The translations under genes were made by a program, and so were the position numbers. 64,000 nt of DNA from Mobula hypostoma (taxonomy: Eukaryota): positions 86,676,001 through 86,740,000 of the forward strand of contig NC_086107.1 in NCBI RefSeq assembly GCF_963921235.1. The letters run 5' to 3'. Position 1 is the first letter of the stretch, and the number at the start of each line of letters is the position of its first letter. Under the pieces are notes generated by a model. It was given only the letters and a program-made list of their open reading frames with translations. It did not search any database and was not told the origin of the DNA. This document shows, piece after piece, positions 47,360 through 59,300 of the stretch.

Positions 47360-48135
47360 GTCTCAGGGGGAGATCTGTACACTGACCGGTGTCTCTCAGG
47401 GACAGATCTATACACTGACCAGTGTCCCTCTGTCCCTCTCTCTCAGGGGGAGATCCGTACACTGACCAGTGTCTCTCAGACCCTCTCTCTCAGGGGGAGA
47501 TCTGTACACTGACTAGTGTCTCTCTGTCCCTCTCTCTCAGGGAGAAATCTGTACACTGACCAGTATCTCTCAGGGGGAGATCTGTACACTGACCAGTGTC
47601 CCTTTGTACCTCTCACTCTGGGGGAAGATCTGTACACTGACCAGTGTCTCTCAGTCCCTCTCTCTCAGGGGGAGATCTGTACACTGACCAGTATCTCTCA
47701 GTCCCTCTCTCTCAGGGGGAGATCTGTACACTGACCAGTGTCTCTCAGCCACTCTCTGATGGGGAGATCTGTACACTGACCGGTTTCTCTCAGTTTCCCC
47801 CTCTCTCAGGGGGAGATCTGTACACTGACCATTGTCTCTCTGTCCCTCTCTCTCAGGGGGAGATTTGTACACTGACCAGTGTCTCTCAGCCCCTCTCTGA
47901 TGGGGAGATCTGTACGCTGACCAGTGTCTCTCAGGGGGAGATCTGTACACTGACCAGTGTCTCTCAGCCCCTCTCTGATGGGGAGATCTGTACGCTGACC
48001 AGTGTCTCTCAGGGGGAGATCTGTACACTGACCATTGTCTCTCTGTCCCTCTCTGATGGGGAGATCTGTACGCTGACCAATGTCTCTCGGGGATCTAAGT
48101 TCACTGACCAGTGTCTCTGGGTTCCTCTCTCTCGG
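47360..48135. repeat. Minisatellite, ~31-46-bp unit (ctctctcagggggagatctgtacactgaccagtgtctctcagtcc)
   Basis: Tandem copies read directly. Same family recurs at 53120-53410 and 54220-54690. Confidence 0.95.
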
Positions 48136-48299
48136 GGGCGGGGGGGGGCAGAGTGAAGAAAAGAGTAGGGGAGGGATTTTATTTTTTACTGGAAGGAGAA
48201 ATCAACATTCATGCCATTGGATTTGCAGCTAACCAGAGAGAATATGAGGTGTTGCTCCTTCACCCTCAGGGTGACTTCAAGATGTGGCTATGCAGTGAA

Positions 48300-49300
48300 T
48301 GTACCCCAGTGACTGGGTGTGTAGGGACAGTGTACCTGTTGACTAAGTGCATGGTGGATATTGTACCCCTGTAACTGTGTGTGTGGAGGACACTGTACCT
48401 CTAACTGTGTGTGTGTGGAGGACACTGTACCCCTGTAACTGTGTGTGTGGAGGACACTTTACCCCTGTAACTGTGTGTGTGGAGGACACTGTACCTTTAA
48501 CTGTGTGTGTGGAGGACACTGTACCCCTGTAACTGTGTGTGTGGTGGACACTGTACCCCTGTAACTGTGTGTGTGGAGGACACTTTACCCCTGTAACTGT
48601 GTGTGTGGAGGACACTGTACCTCTGTAACTGTGTGTGTAGAGGACACTGTACCTCTGTAACTGTGTGTGTGGAGGACACTGTACCTTTAACTGTGTGTGT
48701 GGAGGACACTGTACCCCTGTAACTGTGTGTGTGGTGGACACTGTACCCCTGTAACTGTGTGTGTGGAGGACACTGTACCTTTAACTGTGTGTGTGGAGGA
48801 CACTGTACCCCTGTAACTGGGTGTGTGGAGGACACTTTACCCCTGTAACTATGTGTGTGGAGGACACTGTACCCCTGTAACTGTGTGTGTGGTGGACACT
48901 GTACCCCTGTAACTGTGTGTGTGGAGGACACTGTACCCCTGTAACTGGGTGTGTGGAGGACACTTTACTCCTGTAACTGTGTGTGTGGAGGACACTGTAC
49001 CCCTGTAACTGTGTGTGTGGTGGACACTGTACCCCTGTAACTGTGTGTGTGGTGGACACTGTACCCCTGTAACTGTGTGTGTGGAGGGCACTGTACCCCT
49101 GTAACTGTATGTGTGGAGGACACTGTACCCCTGTAACTGGGTGTGTGGAGGACACTTTACCCCTGTAACTATGTGTGTGGAGGACACTGTACCCCTGTAA
49201 CTGTGTGTGTGGTGGACACTGTACCCCTGTAACTGTATGTGTGGAGGACACTGTACCTCTGTAACTGTGTGTGTGGAGGACACTTTACCCCTGTAACTGT
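48300..49300. repeat. Minisatellite, 32-bp unit (ctgtaactgtgtgtgtggaggacactgtaccc), about 30 copies
   Basis: Highly homogeneous tandem array seen directly. It produces the repetitive THTVTGVQCPP pseudo-ORFs. Confidence 0.97.
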
Positions 49301-49819
49301 GAGGGGTCATGGAAGAGGGGTGAAGTTAAAATGATGCTAAATGGTGACTCCTTTACAACCAGCTCTATTTCTATTTTGGATATCTCCTTTCTCTCCTTTT
49401 CAAGATCCTTTTGAAGACCCTGACCTGGTGTTACCTCCTGACTTCAGTTCTTTGCGGGAGTTGAACCTGCTCTCAGGACATTACGACCGGGCGCTCTTTG
49501 ATATCCCAACAACGCAGTCTGGAAGGCAAGCGCACCTTCAGGGTTCCAGATTTCGTGGCTCTGGGGACATGTTGATTCTAGGCCAGTGACCATGACTGAA
49601 GCGTCGTGGGAGAATATGAAACATCGGGAGCAACGGGTTAGCTGCCGGGGGTTGTTTCTCGATAGCTGCACCTTTTTGTGTTTCTGGAGAGCTCGGAAAA
49701 AGTGACACAACAGACATTTAACATCATAAATCAGCAAGTTCTTTGTTATGTCTCCCTCTTGCTGTGAAACTGGTACACCCCTTTTTCCCTGATTAGGTAT
49801 GTTGAATTTCTCTGCGGCT

Positions 49820-50080
49820 GTCCATCGATTTTCGATGATGACTGAGGCCTGGGCAAGGTTGTATGGAAGACCGGCAGTTGCCCATGCTGCGTCTCCTCTC
49901 TCCATGCCACCAATGTTGACCAAGGGAAGGGCACTAGGACCCATACAGCTTGGCACCGGTCACAGAGCAATGTGTGGTTAAGTGCATTGCTCAAGGACAC
50001 AACACACTGCCTCAGTTGAGGCTCGAACTAGCGACCTTCAGATCACTAGACCAACGCCTTAACCAGTTGGCCACGTGCCA
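49820..50080 (-). mobile_element. tRNA-derived SINE sharing its head with 43787-44013
   Basis: Reverse complement reads 'tggcacgtggccaactggttaaggcgttggtctagtgatctgaaggtcgctagttcgagcctc...tgtgtccttgagcaa'. The body then differs from the other copy. Confidence 0.75.
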
Positions 50081-50419
50081 CAGATATGTTGAAATACCGG
50101 GTGAACGAGTAGTTTTTGGAGTTCTACAAGTCTGTGTCTTTGCTGCACATTTGAGTGCTCAGTGGAGGACACTGATGCTTTTTGCCGGTGGGGTTGTGGG
50201 GGGATGGGGGGTTATCATTGCCTTACTGCTGCTTGTGTGTAGGAGGGGGAGCTGGGGGGACTTAGGGATTCTGACGTTTTAACTGACAGTCATTCTTTGG
50301 GGTACTCTTCTGTTTTCATGGATGTTTGCGAAGAAAAAGAATTTCAGGATGTATATTGTATCCATTTCTCTGACATTGAATGTACCTATTGAACCCAGTT
50401 TTTGGGATAGTGGGGCAAT

Positions 50420-50805
50420 AATGTTCCCCAGTGACTGGGAGGTTGAGGGACAGTGTTCCCCAGTGACTGGGTGTGTGAGGAGACAGTGTAACCCAGTGAC
50501 TGGGAGTGTGATGCACAGTGTTCCCCAGTGACTGGGAGGTTGAGGGACAGTGTTCCCCAGTGACTGGGTGTGTGGGGACAATGTACCCAGTGACTGGGAG
50601 TGTGGGGACAGTGCACCCCAGTGACCGGGTGAGTAGGGGACAGTATTCCCCAGTGACTGGAAGTGTGGGGACAGTGTATCCCAGTGACTGGGTGTGTGGG
50701 ACAGTGTATCCCAGTGACTGGGAGTGTGGGGACAGTGTACCCCAGTGCCTGGGTGAGTAGGGGCAGTGTTCCCCAGTGACTGGGGTGGGACAGTGTACCC
50801 AGTGT
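50420..50805. repeat. Minisatellite, ~31-33-bp unit (ccagtgactgggagtgtggggacagtgtacc)
   Basis: About 12 diverged tandem copies seen directly. Confidence 0.92.
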
Positions 50806-50928
50806 ATCTGTATGTCGCATTTTACGTTTCTGTGTTGAGCTGAGGCTGGTCCCAGTGGACTGACAGGTTCATTTCCCCAGGACCACTGTGTGCAGAGCTG
50901 TGTGTTTTTCTGTTGAGGTGAGGGGGTC

Positions 50929-51076
50929 CTACAGATCGATGGGTTCAGTGCCCCAGTTTCTCCTTTCCCTGGAGAAATGTGCCATTGCCCTTTCGTTCCA
51001 CTCAGGAGGCTGCCGGTCACCGCAATCTTTCTTCATGCACTGAAGTCTCTGTAAACGGTGCTCATCTCTGTTGGAA
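50929..51076 (-). CDS. Candidate cytoplasmic-tail exon of the Ig-superfamily receptor
   Basis: Acceptor 'ctctgctttctgtcccacag|' joins in phase 2. Reads (S)SNRDEHRLQRLQCMKKDCGDRQPPEWNERAMAHFSRERRNWGTEPIDL*. No Tyr. Confidence 0.4.
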
Positions 51077-51264
51077 CTGTGGGACAGAAAGCAGAGGTGA
51101 TGGGGTCCGTACTGAAACTTTGTCCTTCTGCATCCTATGTAGCCCCTCTGTCCAACCCCAATTTCAATATCACCCCACTCCTGCCCCCTCCCTCTGTCCC
51201 CCAGTCACCAGTCTCATGGACTGAGTGTCAGACCCACTTTGCTTCAGTGCCTGAAGACATTTAC

Positions 51265-51397
51265 CTTCGTTCAGCTCCGTTCCCCCATGTGACCCAGCAA
51301 ATCGTGGGGACAGCGGAGATCAGGAAAATCACCAACACTATGAGTCTGATAATCAGGAACGATCTCTGAGACGTGGCCGCCAGTGTTGAATCAGGCG
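51265..51397 (-). CDS. Transmembrane exon of an Ig-superfamily receptor
   Basis: Acceptor 'cttttctcctccctggtgcag|' and donor AG|GTAAAT. In phase 1 with the Ig exon: SPDSTLAATSQRS-FLIIRLIVLVIFLISAVPTICWVTW-GNGAER. Confidence 0.7.
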
Positions 51398-53119
51398 CTG
51401 CACCAGGGAGGAGAAAAGATTCCGTGATTAATCCCATCCTAATCTCCCAGTGACACAGGATCGACAGATCCATCATCTCACCTCAGGCCACAGAAAGTTC
51501 TGTCACCCCCAAAACTGTATCTTCCCCCTCCAATCACCCTCACTTCCCCTCCAGTCCCCACTGACTTCACTTCCATTCATTCCCCACCCTCCAATAACCC
51601 CTCATCTCCTTCAAATCATCCCCCATTCATCCCTTGCATCCCCATCTGATCCTTCCTCAAATATCTTTCCATCCTTTCTAACCACCCCCTCTCACATCTC
51701 TTCCCTCCACCCCCACCTCGCCTCTACAATATCCCATAGGTCTAATCCTGGAAGGTCCCATTGGTACATTAAAGGAAGATACCAGACAGATTTGCAATGA
51801 GGATTGAAGAAACTGTCAAGGACTTAAACAAATCTTCATGGAGCACATTACAGGAAGGACGTGATTACAATGGAGACAGTGCGGAAGAGATTCACCAGTA
51901 TGTGGCCTGGACTGGAGACTTTAGTTATGAGGAGAGATGGGATAGGCTGGGCTCATTTTCCCTGGAGTGAAGAAAAGCTGAGGGGTGCCTGACAGGTAGA
52001 AGAATATAACTGTATAAGTTCATAATTAGATTGGGGAGAGAGAATTCTCTTCCCGTGGTAAGGCAACATAACAGTAGGTAAGTTGAAGTTGAGAGAAAGG
52101 AGTTTTAATGGTGATTTGAAGGTTAAGCTCTTTCCAAGACAGTGGTTGATATCTGGAAGGTCTTGCCAGAGGAGGTGCTGGGATCAGATACAAACACGGT
52201 GTTTCAGAGCCATTTGGACACACTCTGAAACAGGCAGCTTACGGGAGAGGGGAACCTAATGTGGACAAGTGGGGTTAGTGTGGGTGGGCAAAGAGGCTGG
52301 TTTGGACACGGTGGGCTGGAAAGGTTGTTTCTAAGCTCTGTGAATCTGTATCTAGAAGTAGACCAGTCAATGTGATAGATCTGGATTCTCAGAAGGTTTT
52401 CAATCAGGGCCCACACAGCATCACAACAACAAGGTTAGTGCTCATGGACATGAAGATAAAGTAACTGCAGATGCTGGAAATCCGAGCTTAAAGCAGAGGA
52501 TAGCAAAGGGTCTGTGACCTGAGCCGTGACCTCTGTTCCTCGGCCCAGGGGTGTAGCCTGACCTGACCTGTGTTATTGTTCAGCACGTGAAGCGGGCGAA
52601 AGTGCTGCTCCCTGAGGTTACGGTGGGTTTCACTGGAACAATGTGGGAGCACAAACTGGACGGGAGTGAGATCGGAGGATTTGGAGGGAGGAGGGGTCAC
52701 CCAGTGCACTGACACAGGAGTTATGGAGTTATAGAGTCATACAGCATGGAAAAAGGCCCTTCAGCCCATCTCATCCATGGCAAATATGTTGCCCAGTGAG
52801 TGCTCAGGGATTCCATCTGCCTTTGTTTGAACCACAGCCCTCTGAATCTCTCCTATCCATCGACTTATGTACATGGCTTTTAAATTTGCAAATGTGACTG
52901 CCTCAACCACTGTTTCTGGCAGCTCATTCCAAATAACTGTCTGGGATCTTCCTCCCAAGGGATATCTGTTCAAAGACTAACGTCCCACAGTTGCTGTACA
53001 GGAAGTGTATCACTCAGTCCCTCTGTCTCAGTGCGATATCCAGACAAAGACCGCAGTCTCTACTCCCCGTCTATGGAGGCATACTTATACACTGACAGGT
53101 GATCATCTCTGTTCAGGAT

Positions 53120-53410
53120 ACCAGTGTCGCTGAGTCCCTCTCTCTCAGGGGGAGATCTGTACCCTGACTGGAGTTTCTCAGTCCCTCTCTCTTTCAGGGG
53201 AAATCTGTACATTGACCAATGCCTCTCAGTCTCTCTCATTTAGGCAGAGATCTGTGCACTGAACGGTGTCTCTCAGTCCCTCGCACTCAGGGGAATACTG
53301 GTACAGTGACCAGTGTCTCTCATTCCCTCTCTCTCTCTCTCTCAGGGGAAATCTGTACACTGACCCATGTCTCTCAGTCCCTCTGTCTCGGGAATATTTG
53401 TACACTGAAC
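53120..53410. repeat. Diverged copy of the 47.4-kb minisatellite family
   Basis: 'ctctctcagggggagatctgtac..tgac' units. Confidence 0.85.
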
Positions 53411-53424
53411 AGTTTAACCCAGAT

Positions 53425-54215
53425 AAATGTGAGGTGTTGCTCCTTGGTAGGGCAAATGTAAGAAGATAGTACACTGTTAATAAGAAGACCCTTAACAGTT
53501 TTTTCTGAGCCGAGAGACCTTGGGGTCCAAGTTCATTGCTCCTTGAAAATGGCTAGAGAGATCAAAAGGTTGGTTAGGAAGGCTTATTGAATGCTTGCTT
53601 TTATTAGTTGAGGCACTGAGTTCAAAAGTCAAGGGGTTACGTTGCAACTTTATAAAACTCTGGTTAGGCCACGTCTGGATTATTCTATACAAATGTGGTC
53701 ACCCCACTAGAGGAAGGAAGTTGAGGCTTTGGAGGGTGAAGAGTTTTACCAGAATGCTCCCTGGTTTAGAAGGCATGTGCTGTCATGACAGGCTGGACAA
53801 ACTTGGGTTGTTTTCTCTGGAGTGTCGGAGGCTGAGGGGAGATCAGATAGAGTGTATAAGATTATGAGAGGCACAGATACAGTAGACAGGGAGTATCTGT
53901 TTCCTAGGGTAGATATGTCTAATACCAGAGGGCAAGCAATGAGGGTGAGCTGGGTTAGGTTCAAAGGGGATGTGAGGGGTAAGTTTTTTACTCAGAGAGT
54001 GGTGGATGCCTGGAATGTATTGCCTGGGACGGTGGAAGAGGCTTTTAATAGATGTTTAGATGGGGCACATGGATGTGAGTAAGATTGAGGGATATGGACA
54101 TTGTGTAAGTGGGAAGGATTAGTTAATGGGTGTTTTTGATTTGATTTTTAGTTGGTTTGGCACAACACTGTGAGTGAAGGGCCTTTTTCTGTGCTGTACT
54201 GTTCTATGTTCTATA
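53425..54215 (+). mobile_element. CR1 LINE 3' fragment
   Basis: 'DRLDKLGLFSLECRRLRGD', 'RGKFFTQRVVDAWN', (ttctatg) tail. Confidence 0.85.
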
Positions 54216-54219
54216 TTCT

Positions 54220-54690
54220 CAGTTCCTCTCCCTCATGGGAAGATCTGCACACTGACCAGTGAGTTTTTCCCTCTCTCTCTCTCAGGGGTAAATCTGCAAC
54301 ACTGACCAGTGTCTCTTGTCCCTCTTTCTCAGGGGGAGATCTGTACACTGACCGGTGTCTCTCAGACCCTCTCTCTCAGTGGGAGATCTGTACACTGACC
54401 GGTGTCTCTCAGTCCCTCTCTCACCGGGGGAGATATATACACTGACCGGTGTCTCTTAGTCTCTCTCAGGGGGAGATCTGTACACTCACCGGTGTCTCTC
54501 AGTCTCTCTCTCTCTCAGGAGGAGATCTGTACACTGACTGGTGTCTCTCAGTCTCTCTCAGGAGGAGATCTGTACACTGACTGGTGTCTCTCAGTCTCTC
54601 TCAGGAGGAGATCTGTACACTGACTGGGGTCTCTTGTCCCTCTTTCTCAGGGAGTGATCTGTACACTGACTGGTGACTCTTGTTGTCTCT
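54220..54690. repeat. Minisatellite of the 47.4-kb family
   Basis: About 11 tandem units of 'ctctctcaggrggagatctgtacactgacyggtg'. Confidence 0.92.
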
Positions 54691-54806
54691 CTACTGCATA
54701 TACTGAATACTAAAATTGAACACAGAGCACAGGGATGGTACAAGCTGAAGCTGTCTACAGTGACCCCTCACACTCCCTGAGTTAGATTGCTTCCTCGGAC
54801 ACTCAC

Positions 54807-55094
54807 ACGGCACGTTGCGTTTACAGACGTCCTGCAGTGGGATCCGTGCTGTGTCCTTACTGACAGTGTTCCTGGCCTCACACGTGTACACAACATCTTT
54901 AACCTCTGCTGTGTAATGAACCTCTACCGTCTCTCCGTGTTTCCAAGCGCGATAGTTGCTGTTGTCTCCCACAGCTGCTTCTTCTCTCCACCACCTGAAT
55001 GTGGGGGAGTCGCCTGAGGTCACAGAGCAGGTTAGGATGACGTCACTGATCCCGGGGATGCACTGGAACTTGATGTTTGCTCCGGACACAGGCT
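54807..55094 (-). CDS. Ig C2-like domain exon (CD2/SLAM/CEACAM-like second domain)
   Basis: 288-bp phase 1-1 exon (ccacag|AG CCT GTG ... CCG T|gtgagt): EPVSGANIKFQC...VILTCSV...TFRWW...VYTCEARNTVS...QDVC. Has the B-strand Cys, C-strand Trp and Y-x-C motif plus an extra Cys pair. Confidence 0.85.
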
Positions 55095-56309
55095 CTGTGG
55101 TTGGGAAAGCAAGATGAAAGATGAATAAAGGAGATCCTTGATCCCCAAATCCCCCATTCCGTCTCCAACAGTTCCGAGTAAACTTTCAGCCATCCCAGCT
55201 CATTTCCACCCACCAGTTTAACCCTTCCCTCACCCTTCAGTTCAGCCAAATGCTGCTGGAGAAAGTTCCCACCTGTGTGCACCCTCTTTCCCAACCACTA
55301 CCCACACTCATTTACAATCTCTCCGCTGTTCCGTTTATGGCACAGTACCCCGGGATTTCTTGCCCGTTCCACATCTCTTGTCTCTCCTGTGAGTGGTCAT
55401 GGTATCTCTTCTACAGCTAAGTGTGATCCAGCCCAGCCCTGTCCTGCATCTGGTCCAACAGAAGTCAGAGCCCAAGTCATTTGGTAGGTTTAAAGCAGGT
55501 TTTTTGATTAGTAAGGCTGTCAAAGGTTACGGGGAAATGGCAAGAGGATGGGGTTAAGAGGGATGATAAATCAGCCATGATGGAATAGCAGTGCAGAAGT
55601 GGTGGGCTGAATAGCCTTATTCTGCTGCTCTGTCTATTGGTCTAATTTCATCATCCAGATCTTTGACATATAACATAAAAAGAATTGTAACACCCTGAGA
55701 AAAGACTCACTGCTAACGTAATGGCCTTTCTGTGGAAGCAGTGTTTGGGTTATGGTTAGAGATAACGGGTGCTTTGGAATGTAAGCTGGGTTGTTTGTTC
55801 AGCAGGAGAGGAAGAAGGAAGACGCTGGAGAGAATCGGTCATAGGATTCGACCCGGTGGGGGACCATGATTCAATGGAACAAAGTGTCGCAGTCAATTGG
55901 TGAATATGACTTTTGGAAGAGTTGAGATCCAACTGGTGCATATTTGACTGTTAAATTATGATGGACCCTTTTTGTTTTTTCTTTACTAACCCTTTAACTA
56001 AGATTCATAAATATAGTTCCTTTAATCGTATGCCATGTGCTGTCTGTTATTTCGTAGCACTGAGTTGTAACAGGGTAGCAAATTACACAACATCCACACA
56101 AACCGGGGTTTGGGGTGCAAGAGTTGTCTGAATCTGATGAGTTTGATGAGACTGGAGTGTGTATTCCTGAGACTTATGCAGTCAAGGAAACCAGAGGGGT
56201 TTCAGAAGCAGCCCCAACATCACGAGTCACCAGCAGCCAACCTGCAAAGGCCCCCTTTATACAACTCTTTGTCTTCTGCGAGTCAGCCAAACTTCTAATA
56301 GACTAGTAT

Positions 56310-59300
56310 CTTTCTGTAATACCATGGACTCTGATCATGTTCAGCAGCCTCGTGTGTGGCACCTTGTCAAAGGCCTTCTGAAAATCCAAGTAAACAACAT
56401 CCACTGACTCTCCTTTATCTATCCTACCTGCTAGTTCCTCAAAGAATTACAACAGATTTGTGAGGCAAGATTTCCCCATAAGGAAACCATGGTGATTTCA
56501 GCCTATTTTATCACACGTCTCCAAGTAGCCTGGAACTTCATCTTTAATAATGGACTCCAACATCTTCCCAACCATTAAAGGCAGAATAAGTGGCTTATAA
56601 TTTTCTGTTGTTCACCTTCCTCCCTTCTTAAAGAGTTTAAACACAAGTAATTCTGCAGATGCTAGAAATCCAAGACAACACACAAAAACATGCTGGAGGA
56701 ACTAAGCAGGTCAGGCAGCATCTGTGGAAATTAATAAATAGTTAACGTTTCAGGCCTAGACCCTTCATCAGGACTAGAAAGGAAGGGGAAAGACATCTGA
56801 ATAAAAATGTGGGGGGAGGGGAAGTAGGACTAGCTGCACGGTGATTGGTGAAGCCTTGTTGGTGGGAAAAGTAAAGGCCCGGAGGGGAAGGTATCTGATA
56901 GGAGAGCAGAGTGGCCCATAGGAGAAAGGAAGAAGGAGAGGCACCAGGGAGAGGTGACAGGCAGGTGAGAAAGAGGCAAGAGGCCAGAGTGGGGAATAGA
57001 AGGTGAGGGAAGGGGGAAGGAAAAACATTTTTTACATTATCAGGGTGGAGGAACAACACTTAATATTCCATCTGGGTGGACTCCAAACTGAGGGCATGAA
57101 TACTTATTTCTCCTTTTGGTAATAAAAATTCCTCGCGCTCCCCTTTTCTTGTATTCACTTCCACAGATGCTACCTGACCTGCTGAGTCCTCTAGCATTTT
57201 GTGTGTGTTGCTTAAAGAGTTTAAGATTGTTTATTGTCATCTCCTGTACACAAATGTAAGGAAAATAAAATAATTGTGTCTGGATCTGATGCAAAACACA
57301 AAAGATAAAGAACACAATAATAATAAAAACATACAATTAATACCAATCCATAAGATTACCTACTGTATACATTGACTGTAGGTCCATAAAGTGACTGATG
57401 GGAAATAATAGAATAGTGGTGGAGTTAGTGTGTGGAGGTGCTGATCAGACTTACTGCTTGGGGAAAGTAACTGGTCTGGTGGTCCTGGCGTGGGTGCTAC
57501 TGTACATAGCCTCCCCCCTGATGCTAGTAGGACAAACAGTCCATGAGCAAGGTGGGTGGGACCCTTCATGATGTTACTGGCCCTTGCTGGGCTCCTTTCT
57601 GTATATACGCTATGTCTTTGATGGCAGGTAATCTGTTGCTGTTGACGCGTTGGGCAGTGTTTACTACTCATTATAGAGTTATCCTCCCCATCGCAGTGCA
57701 GTTTCCATGCCGAGCAGTCATGCGGCATGTCAGGATGCTCTCTACTGCGCATCTTTAGAATGACATAAGTATTGATGTGCAAAATTTAGTGACATTTCTG
57801 ATTTTCCAATCTGCTGGAAACCTTTCAGGCTCTAGTGATTCTTCAAAGATCACTAATAATGCCTCCGCATTCTTCAGAGCTACCTCTTTCAGAATCCTGG
57901 GGTGTAGACCACCTGGTCCAGGTGACTTACTTACCGACAGACCTTTCAGTTTCCCAAGCACCTTTTCCCTAATAATAGTGACTACACTCACTTCTGCCCC
58001 TTCACATTCCCCAATTTCTCCTAAACTGCTGATGCCTTCCACAGCAAAGACTGACGCAAAATACTTATTCAATTTGTCCACCATTTCTTTGTCCCCAATT
58101 ACTACCTCCCCAGCATCATTTTCCAGTGGTCCGATATCCACTCTTCGCTTCTTTTACTCTAAGTTTTGGTATCCTCTTTTATATTATTGGCGAGCTTACC
58201 TGTACATTTCATCTTTACTCTCCTAACTGTTTTTTAAATTGCCTTCTGTCGGTTTTTAAAAGCTTTCCAATCACCTAACTTCCCACTCATTTTTGCAATA
58301 TTATATGCCCCACGTTTCACTCTTATGCTGACTTTGACCTCCCTTGTCAACATGGTTGCCTCATCTCCCTTTAGAATGCTTCTTCATCTTTGGGATGAAT
58401 GTGTACTATGCCTTCTGAATTACATCCAGAAACTTCCAGTCAATTTTGGCCAGCTCCTCTGTCATGTCTCTATAATGTATTTTATTTCACTATAATACAT
58501 CTGATTTTAGCTTCTCTCTCTCTGTCAAATTGTAGGTGAATTCTATCTTATTATGATCACAACTCTGAAGGGTTCCTTCACCTAAAGCTCCCAAATTAAT
58601 TCTGCTTTATTGCACCAATCCAAAATGTCCTTTTCTCTAGTGATCTCATGCACTAAAAAGCCAAATCATCGGCATTCTATAAATTCCCTCACTTGGGTTC
58701 CCGCAACAACCTGATTATTCCAATCTACCTGCATTTTGAGGTCCCCCAGGACTATCATAACATTGCCCTTTTTATATGCCTTTTCTGTCTCCTATTGTAA
58801 TTTGTAGCCCACATCCCGTCTCCTGTTTAGAGGCCCTTGCAGTTTCATAACTCTACCCACAAGGATTCTACATCTTCTGATCCAATGTCACTTCTTTCTA
58901 AGGATTTGACTTCATTTTGTATGAACAGAGGCACCCCACTCCCTCTGCCTACCTGTCTGTTCTTAAGATATAATGTGTATCCATATTTTGGATGTTAAAC
59001 TCCCAAATGTCATCTTGCTTCAGCCACAACTCAGTGAAGCCCAGAATATCGTACAGGGCAATTTGTAACTGAGCTACGACATTATTTTCCTTACTCCATA
59101 TACTGTGTACCTTTAAATATAACACTTTCAGTCCTTTACTTAGCACCCTTTACAATTTGTCTTCATGTTAACGGAAGTTAAAAACTTTCTAAACATTTTG
59201 TCTTTTCCTTTATTCTGGAAACTTCTGTAACCTCTGCTCTCCTTTAACTTTAACCTCACTTTTCCAAATTGTTAAACCCAACTATTTAAATTTAAGCCCT

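Noticed and set aside
47516-48156. 170-aa repetitive ORF (QGEICTLTSVSQ)
   Set aside because: Product of the 45-bp minisatellite.
48343-49310. Repetitive His/Cys-rich ORFs resembling zinc fingers or a CRISPR-like array
   Set aside because: They are translations of a 32-bp tandem repeat with no unique spacers, in eukaryotic DNA with no cas genes.
55686-56204. Possible solo LTR (TGTAAC...GTTTCA)
   Set aside because: Termini and TSD (gaat/gaag) are imperfect and the right boundary could not be fixed; not reported as a feature.
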